From NCBI GenBank assembly GCA_963797555.1, contig CAWCPV010000002.1:32001-96000 (forward strand): 64,000 nt of DNA. The letters are read 5' to 3'. The notes beneath the pieces are model-generated. The model worked only from the letters and a program-made list of their open reading frames with translations, was not told the DNA's origin and made no database searches. Origin of the DNA: an uncultured Gammaproteobacteria bacterium (lineage in GTDB: Bacteria; Pseudomonadota; Gammaproteobacteria; CAWCPV01). Shown one piece after another: positions 37,143 to 49,506 of the stretch. Numbering within the stretch: position 1 is the stretch's first letter; every line of letters begins with the position of its first letter. A program made the position numbers and the translations under genes.

Positions 37143-38429
37143 TCAGACTAGAAGCGGTGTCAGCACGCCCATCACGGAGTCCAGTGCGCCGCGGTTTCGG
37201 TCCACCAGCGTCCGCGCCCGCTCGCCCGCGCTGTGGCGCAGGTCGGCATCCCCCAGGTAGCGTGAAACGGCAGCCGCCAAGGTTTGGCTGTCCTCTACCA
37301 AGACCCCTGCGCCAGCCTCTAGCACCATGGCGCAGATAGACTCGAAGTTGAAAGTGTGGGGGCCGAACAGCACCGGTACTCCGAGCGCAGCGGGTTCCAC
37401 CACGTTGTGCCCTCCAACCGGGACCAGGCTCCCGCCCACGAACGCCACATCACTCGCTGCATAGAAGAGCGGCAGCTCTCCCATGCTGTCTCCCAGGAAT
37501 ATCGCCGTGCTCGGCCCGCAGGGCCGCCGCTCGCTGCGCAGGACGATAGGGTAGCCGCTGCGGCGGCAGAGGGTCCCCACACGAGAGAATCGCTCCGGGT
37601 GTCGCGGCACCAGGACCAGCAGACAGTCGGGGAACGTCTTCCTTAGCCGAGCGAAGGCATCCAGCGCCTGCTCCTCCTCGCCCTCGTGGGTACTGGCGGC
37701 CACCCACACGGGTCGGCTCACTCCCCAGTCTCTGCGCAGGACCGCCGCCTGCTCGTGCAGGCTCGCAGATAGCTTGATTTCGAACTTCACGTTCCCCGTC
37801 ACCTGGGTGACCGCCGGGTCGGCGCCCAGCCGGATGAATCGCCTCGCATCGGGCTCGGCCTGACAGGCCACAGCAGTGAGGTCGGTCAGCATTGCCCGCA
37901 CCAGGGAGCCTCCCCAGCGGTACCTTGCCGCCGATCGGGCGGAGAGTCTCGCATTGACGAGCACGACGGGGGTGTCCTGGTGCGCCGTGAAGTGGATGAG
38001 ATTCGGCCACAGCTCCGTCTCTACCAGGATAAGCAAACGCGGCCGCACCCGCCCCAGGAACCGCCGTACCGCCCCCGGTACGTCATACGGCACGTAGGAG
38101 TGCTCGACCAGACCCGACAGAGCCTGGCTCACGCGCTCCGAACCGGTTGGCGTCATGGTCGTCACCACCACCGGAAGAGCCGGAAAGCACTCCCGCAGGC
38201 GGCGGATGAGAGGGACGGCTGCCTGCACCTCCCCCACGGAAACCGCGTGCACCCAAACCGGCCGTGGACCGATGGTGCGCTGCACGCGGCCGAAACGCTC
38301 CGTCCAGCGTTGTCGGTAACCCGGGAGGCGCCGCCCCCGCCACAGCAGACGCAGCAAGGCTACGGGAAGGAGCGCATACCATACGGCCGAGTAGAGCTGG
38401 CGCAAGGGACGGGAGAGGGCAGCAGGCAT
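37143..38429 (-). CDS. waaA: Kdo transferase
   Basis: WVHAVSVGE, ETELWPN, ASTHEGEE, VPRHPERF, GGHNVVEPA. Confidence 0.96.
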   Translation of the reverse strand: MPAALSRPLRQLYSAVWYALLPVALLRLLWRGRRLPGYRQRWTERFGRVQRTIGPRPVWVHAVSVGEVQAAVPLIRRLRECFPALPVVVTTMTPTGSERVSQALSGLVEHSYVPYDVPGAVRRFLGRVRPRLLILVETELWPNLIHFTAHQDTPVVLVNARLSARSAARYRWGGSLVRAMLTDLTAVACQAEPDARRFIRLGADPAVTQVTGNVKFEIKLSASLHEQAAVLRRDWGVSRPVWVAASTHEGEEEQALDAFARLRKTFPDCLLVLVPRHPERFSRVGTLCRRSGYPIVLRSERRPCGPSTAIFLGDSMGELPLFYAASDVAFVGGSLVPVGGHNVVEPAALGVPVLFGPHTFNFESICAMVLEAGAGVLVEDSQTLAAAVSRYLGDADLRHSAGERARTLVDRNRGALDSVMGVLTPLLV

Positions 38430-38562
38430 TCACTGGGCGAGGGCATGCTATGCCGAATGGCGCCCCCCTGTCCAGGCGCGCCTGGCCGGAGGCCGGTTTT
38501 CTGCTCCAGAGCGGCGGCTGTTAGACTAGGCTACGATTTACGGCTAAGCGGCGACGCGCCGA

Positions 38563-38985
38563 ATGAGCTTATTGCAAGTGCGCCAAATCATCGAGCTCAG
38601 CACCCAGCATCGCGAAGAGCTGGTGGATATTACCGATCAAGTGCGCGGTGCGGTAGAACGGAGCGGACTTCGCGACGGCCTGGTCAGTCTCTACGCCCAG
38701 GGCGCCACGTCTGCCATCATGATTCAGGAGAACTGGGACGCCAGCGTTCCGACCAACGTCATTCAATGCCTGCGAACGCTCGTGCCGCATGGAGTATGGT
38801 TGCACGACAGGCAAGACGACAACGGGGACGCCCACATCAAGGCGGGGTTGGTGGGTCCATCGGAGTGCATCCCGCTCATCCACGGCCGCTTAGGCATCTC
38901 CCGCTGGCAGGGCATTTTCTTCTGCGAGTTCGATGGGCCACGCTCCCGCCGGAATGTCGTATGCACCATACTTGCTGACGACTGA
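38563..38985 (+). CDS. yjbQ: YjbQ/UPF0047 family protein
   Basis: QENWD, DNGDAHIKA, WQGIFFCEFDGPR. Confidence 0.9.
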   Translation: MSLLQVRQIIELSTQHREELVDITDQVRGAVERSGLRDGLVSLYAQGATSAIMIQENWDASVPTNVIQCLRTLVPHGVWLHDRQDDNGDAHIKAGLVGPSECIPLIHGRLGISRWQGIFFCEFDGPRSRRNVVCTILADD

Positions 38986-39095
38986 TTGCTCTGCTCCTCG
39001 ACGCGCGCATCCAACACCCTTTACCGTGCGCCATTTGGTCTTGCCCGTCGTCTAACCAATGGGGCAGCCCGTCCGGCTACCTACAGGAGGCCGTC

Positions 39096-40424
<1,329 letters not shown>

Positions 40425-40524
40425 CACCACAGCCCTAGCGCCACAACATGCGCCGGAGACGGACTCGGTCACCACGCCGGTGCTGGCCGCAGAGATCGAT
40501 TCAGCCACCCTGTGGAGGCAAGCG

Positions 40525-43311
40525 ATGCAGTCACACCATGATGATCCCTTCCAGGCATTGAGTGGTCTGGACGTCTCCGGGAAACGGGTCGCCTACTACA
40601 GATTGCAGGCCCTGGAAGACGCCGGCCTGGGGGAGGTCTCACGCCTTCCGTTCAGCATCAGGGTGCTGTTGGAGGCGGCCGTCCGTCGCTTGGACGGCTT
40701 CGCGGTCACCGAAAACCACGTGCGTGCCCTGGCGGCATGGCAGCCCAAGGGCGACAGCCGGGCGGAGATACCGTTCGTGCCGGCCCGCGTCTTGCTGCAG
40801 GACTTTACCGGCGTCCCCTCCGTGGTGGATATGGCGGCCATGCGCAGCGCCATCCAGCGACTAGGGGGCGACCCGCAACGCATCAACCCTGAAGTGCCGG
40901 CGGATCTGGTCATCGACCACTCGGTACAGGTCGACGCCTTCGGCTCGGCGAACGCGATCCTGCTAAACACCCGGCGCGAATTCGAACGCAACCAGGAGCG
41001 CTACGCGTTCCTGCGCTGGGGTCAGCGGGCCCTGCACAATTTCCGGGTGGTCCCGCCGGCCAGCGGAATCGTGCACCAAGTCAACCTCGAGTATCTCGCC
41101 GCCGTCGTCCGCTTGCAGGAAATCGACGGGGGAGACCTCGCCTGCCCGGACTCGCTGGTAGGCACCGACTCCCACACCACGATGATCAACGCACTGGGCG
41201 TCCTAGGCTGGGGTGTGGGGGGCATCGAGGCAGAGGCGGTGATGTTGGGTCAGCCGCTGTACATGACCCTGCCCCAGGTCGTGGGCTTCACGCTGCATGG
41301 CCAGTTGCCGGCCGGCGCCACAGCGACGGACCTGGTACTCACCATCACGCAGCAGTTGCGAGCTCACGGCGTCGTGGGAAAGTTCGTGGAATTCTTCGGC
41401 GAGGGACTGGACCACCTCGCGCTCCCCGACCGTGCCACCATCGCGAACATGGCCCCAGAGTACGGGGCCACCACCGGGTTCTTCCCGGTGGACGAGGAGA
41501 CGCTGCGTTATCTGCGCAGCACCGGCCGCAGCGCGGCGCAGATCGAGCTGGTGGAGCGCTATTGCAAGATCCAGGGCCTGTTCCGCAACGGCGGTGAGGC
41601 GCCGCGCTACAGCGAGACCCTGGAGCTGGACATGGGAGCGGTGGAACCTTCCCTTGCGGGGCCACGGCGCCCGCAGGACCGCGTACCGCTGCGCGCTGCA
41701 AAACAAGCTTTCCTGGACGCGCTCGGTGCCGTCTACCGCAAGGCCGTTGCCCCCGAGGGCGATGCCAATCCCGTCTACACCCGTTGGCAGAACGAGGGGG
41801 GCAATGCCGAAGAGCCGGCGGACCTTCATCCGGAGCGCCACGACCTCTACCATCACCTGCGGACCCCGGTGGATCTCGATGGCTCCCCGGAAGCGCATCT
41901 CTCCCACGGGTCGGTAGTGATCGCGGCGATCACGTCCTGCACCAACACCTCTAACCCGTCGGTCATGCTGGGCGCCGGGATCGTGGCGAAAAAGGCCCGC
42001 GAGCGGGGGCTCACCGTACCCCCCTGGGTGAAGACCAGCCTCGCCCCGGGATCGCGCGTCGTGACGCGCTACTTGCAGACGTCGGGGCTATTGGGAGCCT
42101 TGGAGGCATTGGGTTTTTACGTCGTGGGCTATGGATGCACGACGTGCATCGGAAACAGCGGGCCGCTGCCGGATCCTGTCGCCCGTGCCGTGAGGGAAAA
42201 CGACCTGATCGTGGTCTCTGTCCTCTCGGGCAATCGCAACTTCGAAGGGCGCATCAACCCGCTCGTCAAGGCCAATTACTTGGCGAGCCCGCCGCTGGTC
42301 GTGGCCTACGCCCTGGCCGGCACCATGGACATCGACCTCGACCGTGAGCCGCTGGGCAAAGATGCGCAGGGGCGCCCCGTATACTTGCGCGAGCTCTGGC
42401 CGACGCTGTCAGAGATTCGGGAAGCGCTGTCCTGCGTGGACCCGGCGATGTTCACCGAGGAGTACCGGCACGTGTTCGAAGGGAGCGAGGAGTGGAATCG
42501 CATCCCGACCCTCGACGGCGCCCTGTACCCTTGGGATGCTCAGTCGACCTACATCCGCGAGCCCCCGTTCTTCGCAGACTTGGGCCCCGAAGTCCCGCCC
42601 ATCCAACCTATCCGGGGCGCACGCGCGCTCGCCCTGCTGGGCGACTCGGTCACAACCGACCACATCTCGCCGGCAGGCAACATCGCCAAAGACTCCCCCG
42701 CCGGGCGTTACCTGATGGAGCACGGGGTGCAGCCCATGGAGTTCAACTCTTACGGGGCACGCCGGGGCAACCACGAGGTCATGCTGCGTGGAACATTCGC
42801 CAACATCCGCCTGCGTAACGCCCTGGCTCCGGAAACGGAGGGAGGCTTCACCACCTACCTGCCCGAGGGTCCGGTCATGAGCATCTTCGATGCGGCGATG
42901 CGCTATCAAGCGGCAGGCACCCCACTGGTCGTATTGGCGGGCAAGGAGTACGGCACGGGCTCCAGTCGCGACTGGGCGGCGAAGGGTACTTATCTGCTGG
43001 GTGTGCGTGCTGTGATCGCGGAGAGCTTCGAGCGCATCCACCGTGCGAACTTGGTGGGGATGGGGGTGTTGCCGCTGCAGTTCGAGGTCGGCCACGGCTG
43101 GCGCGACCTCGGCCTGAGCGGTCATGAAATCTACGACATCGACCTGCCCAAAACCCTGTCAGCCCGACAGCGGGTCAGCGTGAGCGCCACCGCCCCGGGA
43201 GGCGAGGTGCGCCGCTTTCAGACCGAGGCGAGACTGGACAGCCCGGTGGAGGTACGCTATTACGAGAACGGCGGCATCCTCCATACGGTGCTGCGCGACA
43301 TGCTGCGCTGA
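40525..43311 (+). CDS. acnA: Aconitate hydratase A
   Basis: [47 protein letters not shown]. Confidence 0.97.
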   Translation: MQSHHDDPFQALSGLDVSGKRVAYYRLQALEDAGLGEVSRLPFSIRVLLEAAVRRLDGFAVTENHVRALAAWQPKGDSRAEIPFVPARVLLQDFTGVPSVVDMAAMRSAIQRLGGDPQRINPEVPADLVIDHSVQVDAFGSANAILLNTRREFERNQERYAFLRWGQRALHNFRVVPPASGIVHQVNLEYLAAVVRLQEIDGGDLACPDSLVGTDSHTTMINALGVLGWGVGGIEAEAVMLGQPLYMTLPQVVGFTLHGQLPAGATATDLVLTITQQLRAHGVVGKFVEFFGEGLDHLALPDRATIANMAPEYGATTGFFPVDEETLRYLRSTGRSAAQIELVERYCKIQGLFRNGGEAPRYSETLELDMGAVEPSLAGPRRPQDRVPLRAAKQAFLDALGAVYRKAVAPEGDANPVYTRWQNEGGNAEEPADLHPERHDLYHHLRTPVDLDGSPEAHLSHGSVVIAAITSCTNTSNPSVMLGAGIVAKKARERGLTVPPWVKTSLAPGSRVVTRYLQTSGLLGALEALGFYVVGYGCTTCIGNSGPLPDPVARAVRENDLIVVSVLSGNRNFEGRINPLVKANYLASPPLVVAYALAGTMDIDLDREPLGKDAQGRPVYLRELWPTLSEIREALSCVDPAMFTEEYRHVFEGSEEWNRIPTLDGALYPWDAQSTYIREPPFFADLGPEVPPIQPIRGARALALLGDSVTTDHISPAGNIAKDSPAGRYLMEHGVQPMEFNSYGARRGNHEVMLRGTFANIRLRNALAPETEGGFTTYLPEGPVMSIFDAAMRYQAAGTPLVVLAGKEYGTGSSRDWAAKGTYLLGVRAVIAESFERIHRANLVGMGVLPLQFEVGHGWRDLGLSGHEIYDIDLPKTLSARQRVSVSATAPGGEVRRFQTEARLDSPVEVRYYENGGILHTVLRDMLR

Positions 43312-43324
43312 GAATCGCCTCTTG

Positions 43325-43464
43325 GAGCGCACGAAGAAATCGTCGCATCTGGGACGAGAGCAAGGCGCACGGAGCGCAGCGAGGAGACCTATCCAGCAGA
43401 TGGGTGAGGAGCGAGCACCGCGCCGCTATCGGGACGTACGGTAGATTTATCTATTGACAAGCTC
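43325..43464. repeat. About 140-bp dispersed MITE/REP-like element, copy 1
   Basis: Shares GAAGAAATCGTCGC...GAGAGCAAGGCGCACGGAGCGCAGCGA with 63939-64000; right end ACAAGCTC is the inverse of GAGCTTGT that starts copy 2. Confidence 0.7.
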
Positions 43465-43492
43465 TCAGAGTCGGCACCCCCGGGAGGACCCC

Positions 43493-44260
43493 ATGGATTC
43501 CGTGTCGGCGCCAGTTCCGCTGCTCTTGGCCGCGGCCGGCCCGACGGCGCTTGCCTTCGTCGCCGCGCTGCTGGGCTGGTCGGTCGGAGCCACGGAGGAG
43601 GATTATCAGGTCATGCGGGCACGCATGGTGCGAGAGATCTCCGAAGAGGTGGCCGAAACCGTGACCTGGACCGGCCAAGGGAAACTGGCGGAGCCGGTGC
43701 TCCAAGCCCTACGCTCGGTGCCGCGCCATGCGTTCGTGGACGAAGACGACAGGGAAGCCGCCTATGACAACCGCCCACTGCCCATCGGGTTCGGGCAGAC
43801 GATCTCGCAGCCTTTCATCGTGGCACTGATGACGGACCTGCTCAAGCCGCATCAGGGGCAGGTAGTGCTCGAGGTAGGTACCGGCTCCGGCTACCAGGCC
43901 GCCGTCCTCGCCCAGCTCGTCAAACAGGTGTACACGATCGAGGTCATCGAAGCGCTCGGACGACAGGCCAAGGAGCGACTGAGCCGGCTGGGGTACAAGA
44001 ACGTCGAGGTCCGGATTGGTGACGGCTATTACGGCTGGGAGGAGCATGCCCCGTTCGACGGCATCATCGTCACGGCCGCCGCCACCCACGTCCCCCCACC
44101 GCTCGTCCAGCAGCTCAAGCCCGGCGGCAAGATGGTCATCCCGGTGGGTGGGCCGTTCGCCACCCAGGAGCTGATGCTGGTACAGAAAGATACGCACGGG
44201 GAGATCACGACGCGCCAACTGCTGCCTGTCGCCTTCGTCCCTCTGACCGGCTCCCACTGA
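43493..44260 (+). CDS. pcm: Protein-L-isoaspartate O-methyltransferase with hydrophobic N-terminus
   Basis: VPRHAFV, GQTISQP, LEVGTGSGYQAA, APFDGIIVTAA. Confidence 0.93.
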   Translation: MDSVSAPVPLLLAAAGPTALAFVAALLGWSVGATEEDYQVMRARMVREISEEVAETVTWTGQGKLAEPVLQALRSVPRHAFVDEDDREAAYDNRPLPIGFGQTISQPFIVALMTDLLKPHQGQVVLEVGTGSGYQAAVLAQLVKQVYTIEVIEALGRQAKERLSRLGYKNVEVRIGDGYYGWEEHAPFDGIIVTAAATHVPPPLVQQLKPGGKMVIPVGGPFATQELMLVQKDTHGEITTRQLLPVAFVPLTGSH

Positions 44261-44293
44261 GCGCGCCAAAGCGCGTTCGTAACCAAGACTGGC

Positions 44294-46751
44294 ATGAGCC
44301 CGGGCGACAGCCTTCCCCGCCCGGCGGGCCGGGACAAGCCCTTTCCGGCGCGGGTCGCCGTCGCGGTGGCACTGGTGTCCGCGGCCGTTCTCGCGTACGA
44401 GGTACTGCTCACCCGTCTGTTCACCATCATCCAGTGGCACCACTTCGCATACATGATCATCAGCCTGGCACTGCTCGGCTTCGGTGCCAGCGGGACTTTT
44501 CTCTCCTATGCCCAGGGAGCGCTGCTGCAGCGCTTCCGAGCCGCGTTCGCCACCAACGCCGCCTGCTTCGGACTGGGGAGCGTAACGGCCTTCGCGCTCG
44601 CCGAGCGCATCCCGTTCAATCCGCTCGAGCTGTTCTGGGACCTACGCCAGCCTCTCTACCTGCTCGGCGTCTTCGGCTTGCTGAGTGTCCCGTTCTTTTG
44701 CGCCGCCAATGCCATCGGGCTGGCCCTCGCCCGCCTGCGAGGACACATTCCCGCAGTCTATTGTGCGGACTTGGCGGGGGCAGGCGCTGGCGCCATCGGC
44801 AGCCTGACCTTGCTGTTCTGGCTGGCTCCCGACCGTGCGCTGCTCGTGGTCGGGAGTCTCGGGCTGCTCGCCGGGGCACTCGGCGCGCCGGGGCGCCGGG
44901 CGCCAGCCGCGCTGGTGACTGCAGCCCTTTGCCTCCCGGTGGGCTGGCCCGACGCCTGGCTCGGGGTGACCCCGTCCCCCTACAAGCCGCTGAGCGTCGC
45001 ACTCCACGTCAAGGGCGCTCGGGTACTACAGGAACTATCCAGCCCGCTGGGGGTGCTCACCGTGGTGGAGAACGCCGTGGTTCCTCCGCGCCATGCGCCG
45101 GGCCTCAGCCTTCGTAGCCAGGCCGTGCCCCCGGCTCAACTGGAGATATACACCGACGCCGATGCCCCCACGGCCATCAGTCATTTCGACGGGCGCGCGG
45201 AGAGCGTCGCCTATCTCGATGAGCTGACCTCCGCCCTGCCGTACCACCTCGTGCACCGGCCCAAAGTGCTGGTGCTGGGGGCCGGCGGCGGCAGTGACGT
45301 CCTCCAGGCCATCGCGGCCGGTGCGCGGGCGGTCACTGCCGTCGAGATCAACCCCCAAATGGTGCGCTTGGTGCGCAAGGATTACGGCGCCTTCGCCGGC
45401 CACTTGTATGACCGTGACGACGTGCGCGTGGTGGTGAGCGAGGCCCGCACCTTCGTCGAGGGCAGTCGGGAGCGCTTCGATCTGATCCAGCTAGCGCTGG
45501 TGGACTCGTCCGGCGCCGCGGGAGCCGGCCTGTATGCTTTGAACGAGAGCTACATCTACACGGTGGATGCGTTGCGGACCTATGTGGCACATCTGCGGCC
45601 CGGCGGGCTGCTTGCAATCACCCGCTGGCTGAATCTACCGCCGCGCGACTGCGTCAAGCTGTTCGCAACGGCGGCGGAGGCGCTGGGCGGCTCCAGCCCT
45701 GCGCCGGCCGCGGGTCGCCTCGCCCTAGTGCGAAGCTGGCGGACCTGCACGCTGCTGGTCAAGAACGGTCTGCTGCGTGCCGCCGACACCCTCGCGATCC
45801 GGGACTTCTGCCGCACCAGGGGTTTCGACGTCGCGTACTATCCCGGCATCCGCCCGCAGGAGGTCAACCACTATAACCTGCTCCCACAGCCCTACCTCTA
45901 CCAGGCAGCGGTGTCCCTGCTCGGGTCTCGGCGAGACCAGTTCCTCGCGGGGTACAAGTTCGAACGTCAGACCCGCTACCGATAACCGTCCGTATTTCTT
46001 CCACTTCTTCCGCTGGAGCGCATTGCCGGAGCTGATTGAGCTTCCAGCCCGCGGCGGCCTAGCGCTCATGGAGTGGGGCTACGTGGTCCTGGTCGCCACC
46101 CTGGCGCAGGCCCTCCTCCTCGGTGTGGCGCTGATCCTGCTGCCCCTGTGGAGCCGTCGAGTCAGCGCTGCAGGGCATATGCGCTTGGGAGTCGCCAGTT
46201 ACTTCACTACGCTCGGTCTGGCTTTCCTGTTCATGGAGATCAGTTTCATTCAGAGGTTCGTCTTATACCTCGGGGCACCCCTCTACGCGGTCTCCGTCGT
46301 CGTCGCCGGTTTCCTGCTCTTCGCCAGCCTCGGAAGCCTCGGCTCCGTGCACCTCCAAGCGCGTCTGGGGCGCATCTCGGCCATCACCGCCGCCGTTGCC
46401 GCTATCGCCCTGCTGTGCCCCGGCTACCTCGTCCTTTCGCCGGCACTGCTGCACGTGTTGCCGGCGCTCCCGGAGCCGCTCAGGATCGCCGCCGCGCTCG
46501 CGCTCCTCGCGCCGCTCGCCTTCTTCATGGGCATGCCCTTCCCCTTGGGGCTCCAGCGGGTGGCGTGTGCAGCCCCTCCCCTGATCCCGTGGGCTTGGGC
46601 CATCAACGGCTGCGCCTCGGTCGTGGGCGCGGTCGGTGCAACCTGGCTGAGTGTCCACTTCGGATTCGCGGCAGTCGTGCTGCTGGCCGCAGCCCTGTAT
46701 GCCGTAGCAGCGGCCTCCCAGGGGCTGCTGCAACCCGTCCCCGGCGGATAA
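44294..46751 (+). CDS. Polytopic membrane protein with spermidine-synthase-like methyltransferase domain; frameshift near 45960
   Basis: N-terminal TM block, VLVLGAGGGSDV, AVEINP, YTVDA, PATDNRPYFF, C-terminal TM block WAWAING. Confidence 0.8.
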
Positions 46752-46821
46752 CGCTGCTTCGCGAATCGTTCTGGGAACGGGCACACGCGACGCTCGGGCG
46801 GGCACGTCCCGCAGGCGACCG

Positions 46822-47487
46822 CTACAGGGTGTCCCAGCCGGATCTCCGACGCCAGTGCAAGTGTGGCACAAGGACGCCGATCAACGTCCCGAGCAGCAGC
46901 ACCCCGGCCCCCACCAGGAACCAGTCCCGGGCCGTGCGGTCGCGCAGCTTGGCATTCTCCTGTTGCACTGACTGCAGATCCCGTTCCGTGTTGAGCACCT
47001 GCTCCTTCAACGCGCGGTTCTCAGCCTCGATGGTCAGGGCGTTGGCAGCGGTCTCACGGATGCTGGTCAGTCTTTGACTCGCGCGCCGGGTCTCCTCCAC
47101 GGCGTGCTGACGCTGTTTGTCGAGGTCGTTCTTCTGCTGTGTCAGCAGGCTAATCTGCGCTTTCAGTTGATGGTTCTCGATCTGGAGCGCCGCCACCCGC
47201 TGCTCCGCCTGCGCGATGCGCTCAGTGGCGCTCGGCGTGCTCGACAGGAAGCGTGTCAGCAGCCAACCCTCGACCCCGCTCGCCGTGCGGACCCTCGAGT
47301 AACCGTCCGGATCCGTCTCCAGGACCGCCACACGCGTGCCGCTGGGCAACATACGCAGGATATTGTGCTTGATGCTCTTGCCCGAACGGAGCGTGATCTC
47401 CAACTTGTCGCTCACGTAGCGCACGGTGTCCGGGAACCCGAGGCTCGGCCAAAGGAGCAGCAGCAACAGGAAGCCAGAAGTCCTCAC
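46822..47487 (-). CDS. SH3-domain protein, YgiM/TIGR04211-like
   Basis: RYVSD.L.ITLRSG, EGW, coiled coil, WFLVGAGV TM segment and basic tail. Confidence 0.85.
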   Translation of the reverse strand: MRTSGFLLLLLLWPSLGFPDTVRYVSDKLEITLRSGKSIKHNILRMLPSGTRVAVLETDPDGYSRVRTASGVEGWLLTRFLSSTPSATERIAQAEQRVAALQIENHQLKAQISLLTQQKNDLDKQRQHAVEETRRASQRLTSIRETAANALTIEAENRALKEQVLNTERDLQSVQQENAKLRDRTARDWFLVGAGVLLLGTLIGVLVPHLHWRRRSGWDTL

Positions 47488-47613
47488 TCGTTTGTGCGCG
47501 CCGAAGAGATGTTGGAGTGCAGTAGCCTATTCTATCCACAGCTCTCGGCTGCCATCCATCCTTTATGCGGCAAGAGACGGCATCGCGCAGCCCGACGACC
47601 GGCGCACAGGCAG

Positions 47614-47646
47614 AAAAAGGCCCCGCCGGTCGAGACCGGCGGGGCC
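47614..47646 (-). terminator. Rho-independent terminator of the porin gene
   Basis: Minus strand GGCCCCGCCGGT-CTCG-ACCGGCGGGGCC-TTTTT, 35 bp after the stop codon. Confidence 0.9.
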
Positions 47647-47681
47647 GAGAGGCAGGTGTTCAGCCCTTTGCGGGTTCTTGT

Positions 47682-48851
47682 CTAAAACGTGTGATCGATG
47701 CCCATCGTCCAGCGACTCTCGTCCTTGCCAAACGGGCCATTCGGTGAGCTTGCCTGCGTGTTGTTGAGGTTGTATGCGGTGTAACCGGCGTAGAGGTCGG
47801 TCCGCTTGCTCAGCCACTGCCTGACACCGAACACCCAGCCCTTGGTGCTGTTCAAAGTGAACGGCTCGCCGGTCGCCACGATCCGGCCCGTCGAGTCGCC
47901 GACCTGGCCGTACTCCAGGACCAGCATCGTGTTGCCGAACTTGTAGCTGCCGCCCACCTCCCAGGTATTGCCGCCGTTGCCGCTGACCACCGGGACAGTC
48001 GGGCTGCCCCCGGCGGGGAAGCGCGCCTCAAACTTGTCGGCGTACCTGGCCTGCGTGATGAGCCCGGCGTCCCACTCGTACTGACCGAACAGAGCGAACT
48101 GCGCGTAGTCGAACTTGCCGCCGATCTTGTACGCGTTCCCCTTGACGCCCTGGAACGCGCCGGTGGAAAGGTTCTCGGCCTGGGGCAGATTGCCGTTGAT
48201 GTAGTCGAAGAAGCCGAGCAGGGGGCCGTTGCTGTAGTGCAGACCGAGGCCGTAGGCGGCGTCGTTCGCAGAGGTCTGATCCAGGCCCCCATAACCGACC
48301 AGCTTCAGGCCCATGAAGTCGGGACTCTCGTAGTTGATGGCTTGGGTCTCGCGACCGCCGAACTTGGTGGCGCCGCGCTGCAGCTCCGACTGGATGCCCG
48401 GGAATTCACGGGCCTGCAGCGAGGTCTCGTACAGCGGGTCGATCGCTTTGCCGCTCGCCTTGTAGCCGGTCGAGAGGGTGCCAAACACCAGCCGTCCGAA
48501 GTTACCCGCCAACCCGACCCACTGGTCCTGGTCGACCAGGGTGTTGGTCTGGCCGGGATACTGCGTGATGGTGGGGTTGATTTCCCACGCGAAGTTGAAG
48601 ATGGCCTTCAGACCATTCCCCAGGTCCTCGCTGCCCTTGAAGCCGAACTTGGACTGATTGCTGGCCATGTAAGTGTTCTGCTGACCGAGGTCGATGGGCG
48701 CATTGTTGTCCCCGTTGATGCTGAGACGCGCCTCACCGAACAGCGTTACATCCGCCTGGGCGGCGCCGGCCCCGAACAGGGCCGCAGCAACTCCGAGCCC
48801 AATCGCGCCGCGCCGGACTGCTACATAGCGATTGTCACTTTGATTTGTCAT
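47682..48851 (-). CDS. Gram-negative outer-membrane porin
   Basis: Signal AQA-DVTLFG, SKFGFKGSEDLGNGLKA, LSKRT, C-terminal GIDHTF. Confidence 0.93.
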   Translation of the reverse strand: MTNQSDNRYVAVRRGAIGLGVAAALFGAGAAQADVTLFGEARLSINGDNNAPIDLGQQNTYMASNQSKFGFKGSEDLGNGLKAIFNFAWEINPTITQYPGQTNTLVDQDQWVGLAGNFGRLVFGTLSTGYKASGKAIDPLYETSLQAREFPGIQSELQRGATKFGGRETQAINYESPDFMGLKLVGYGGLDQTSANDAAYGLGLHYSNGPLLGFFDYINGNLPQAENLSTGAFQGVKGNAYKIGGKFDYAQFALFGQYEWDAGLITQARYADKFEARFPAGGSPTVPVVSGNGGNTWEVGGSYKFGNTMLVLEYGQVGDSTGRIVATGEPFTLNSTKGWVFGVRQWLSKRTDLYAGYTAYNLNNTQASSPNGPFGKDESRWTMGIDHTF

Positions 48852-49215
48852 GGCTTTGCTCCAGACTGAAGGGTGCCTAAGTTCTAGACGAGAAGTCTAT
48901 TCGTTGCGTGTTTGACACAGACAAGCATAGCGGTGGCCCCTGTTGTTCGCAACAATACAACGCTCGAAGTCAATCACCTGGCTCTTTAGTCCACCAGCGC
49001 ATGGCGCTTGTCATCAGTGTTGCGTTGAATCCACTGCTGCGTTGTATGATGTCCCAGGAATCTTTCAGTATGATGACGAGCGCGTGACAAGCCGCTGACA
49101 ACCGACAGACTGACCGCACACGTTGTCTGGCCGCCGCTGCACACATACCTTCATGGAACTGTCACACGGATGTGGTTTCATGCTCGCTTGTTCTGCCGAC
49201 CAGCTCAGGCGCGCC

Positions 49216-49506
49216 ATGCCATCGGTCGAAAGCCTCACCAAAGACAGCGGGTTGACTGGCCTCGCCCTGGGTATCGGCACCGCTCTTGCCGTCGCCTGGG
49301 TGCTGCCCGCAATCGGGGCGGTCGCCCGACCGGTCGCAAAGGCGGCCATCAAGTCCGTCCTCTCGACCTATGCCAAGGTACTGGAAGGCGCGGCCGAGCT
49401 GGGTGAGTCCCTCGATGACTTGGTGGCAGAAGCGCGCGCCGAGATGGCGTCGGGATCGAATCCGCCGGCCTCGGCGCACGGACCGTCCGCACGTGCGCAA
49501 TCCTAG
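49216..49506 (+). CDS. DUF5132/FezA-like small membrane protein, copy A
   Basis: GLALGIG TM segment, RPVAKAAIK, ESLDDLVAEARAE. Confidence 0.8.
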   Translation: MPSVESLTKDSGLTGLALGIGTALAVAWVLPAIGAVARPVAKAAIKSVLSTYAKVLEGAAELGESLDDLVAEARAEMASGSNPPASAHGPSARAQS

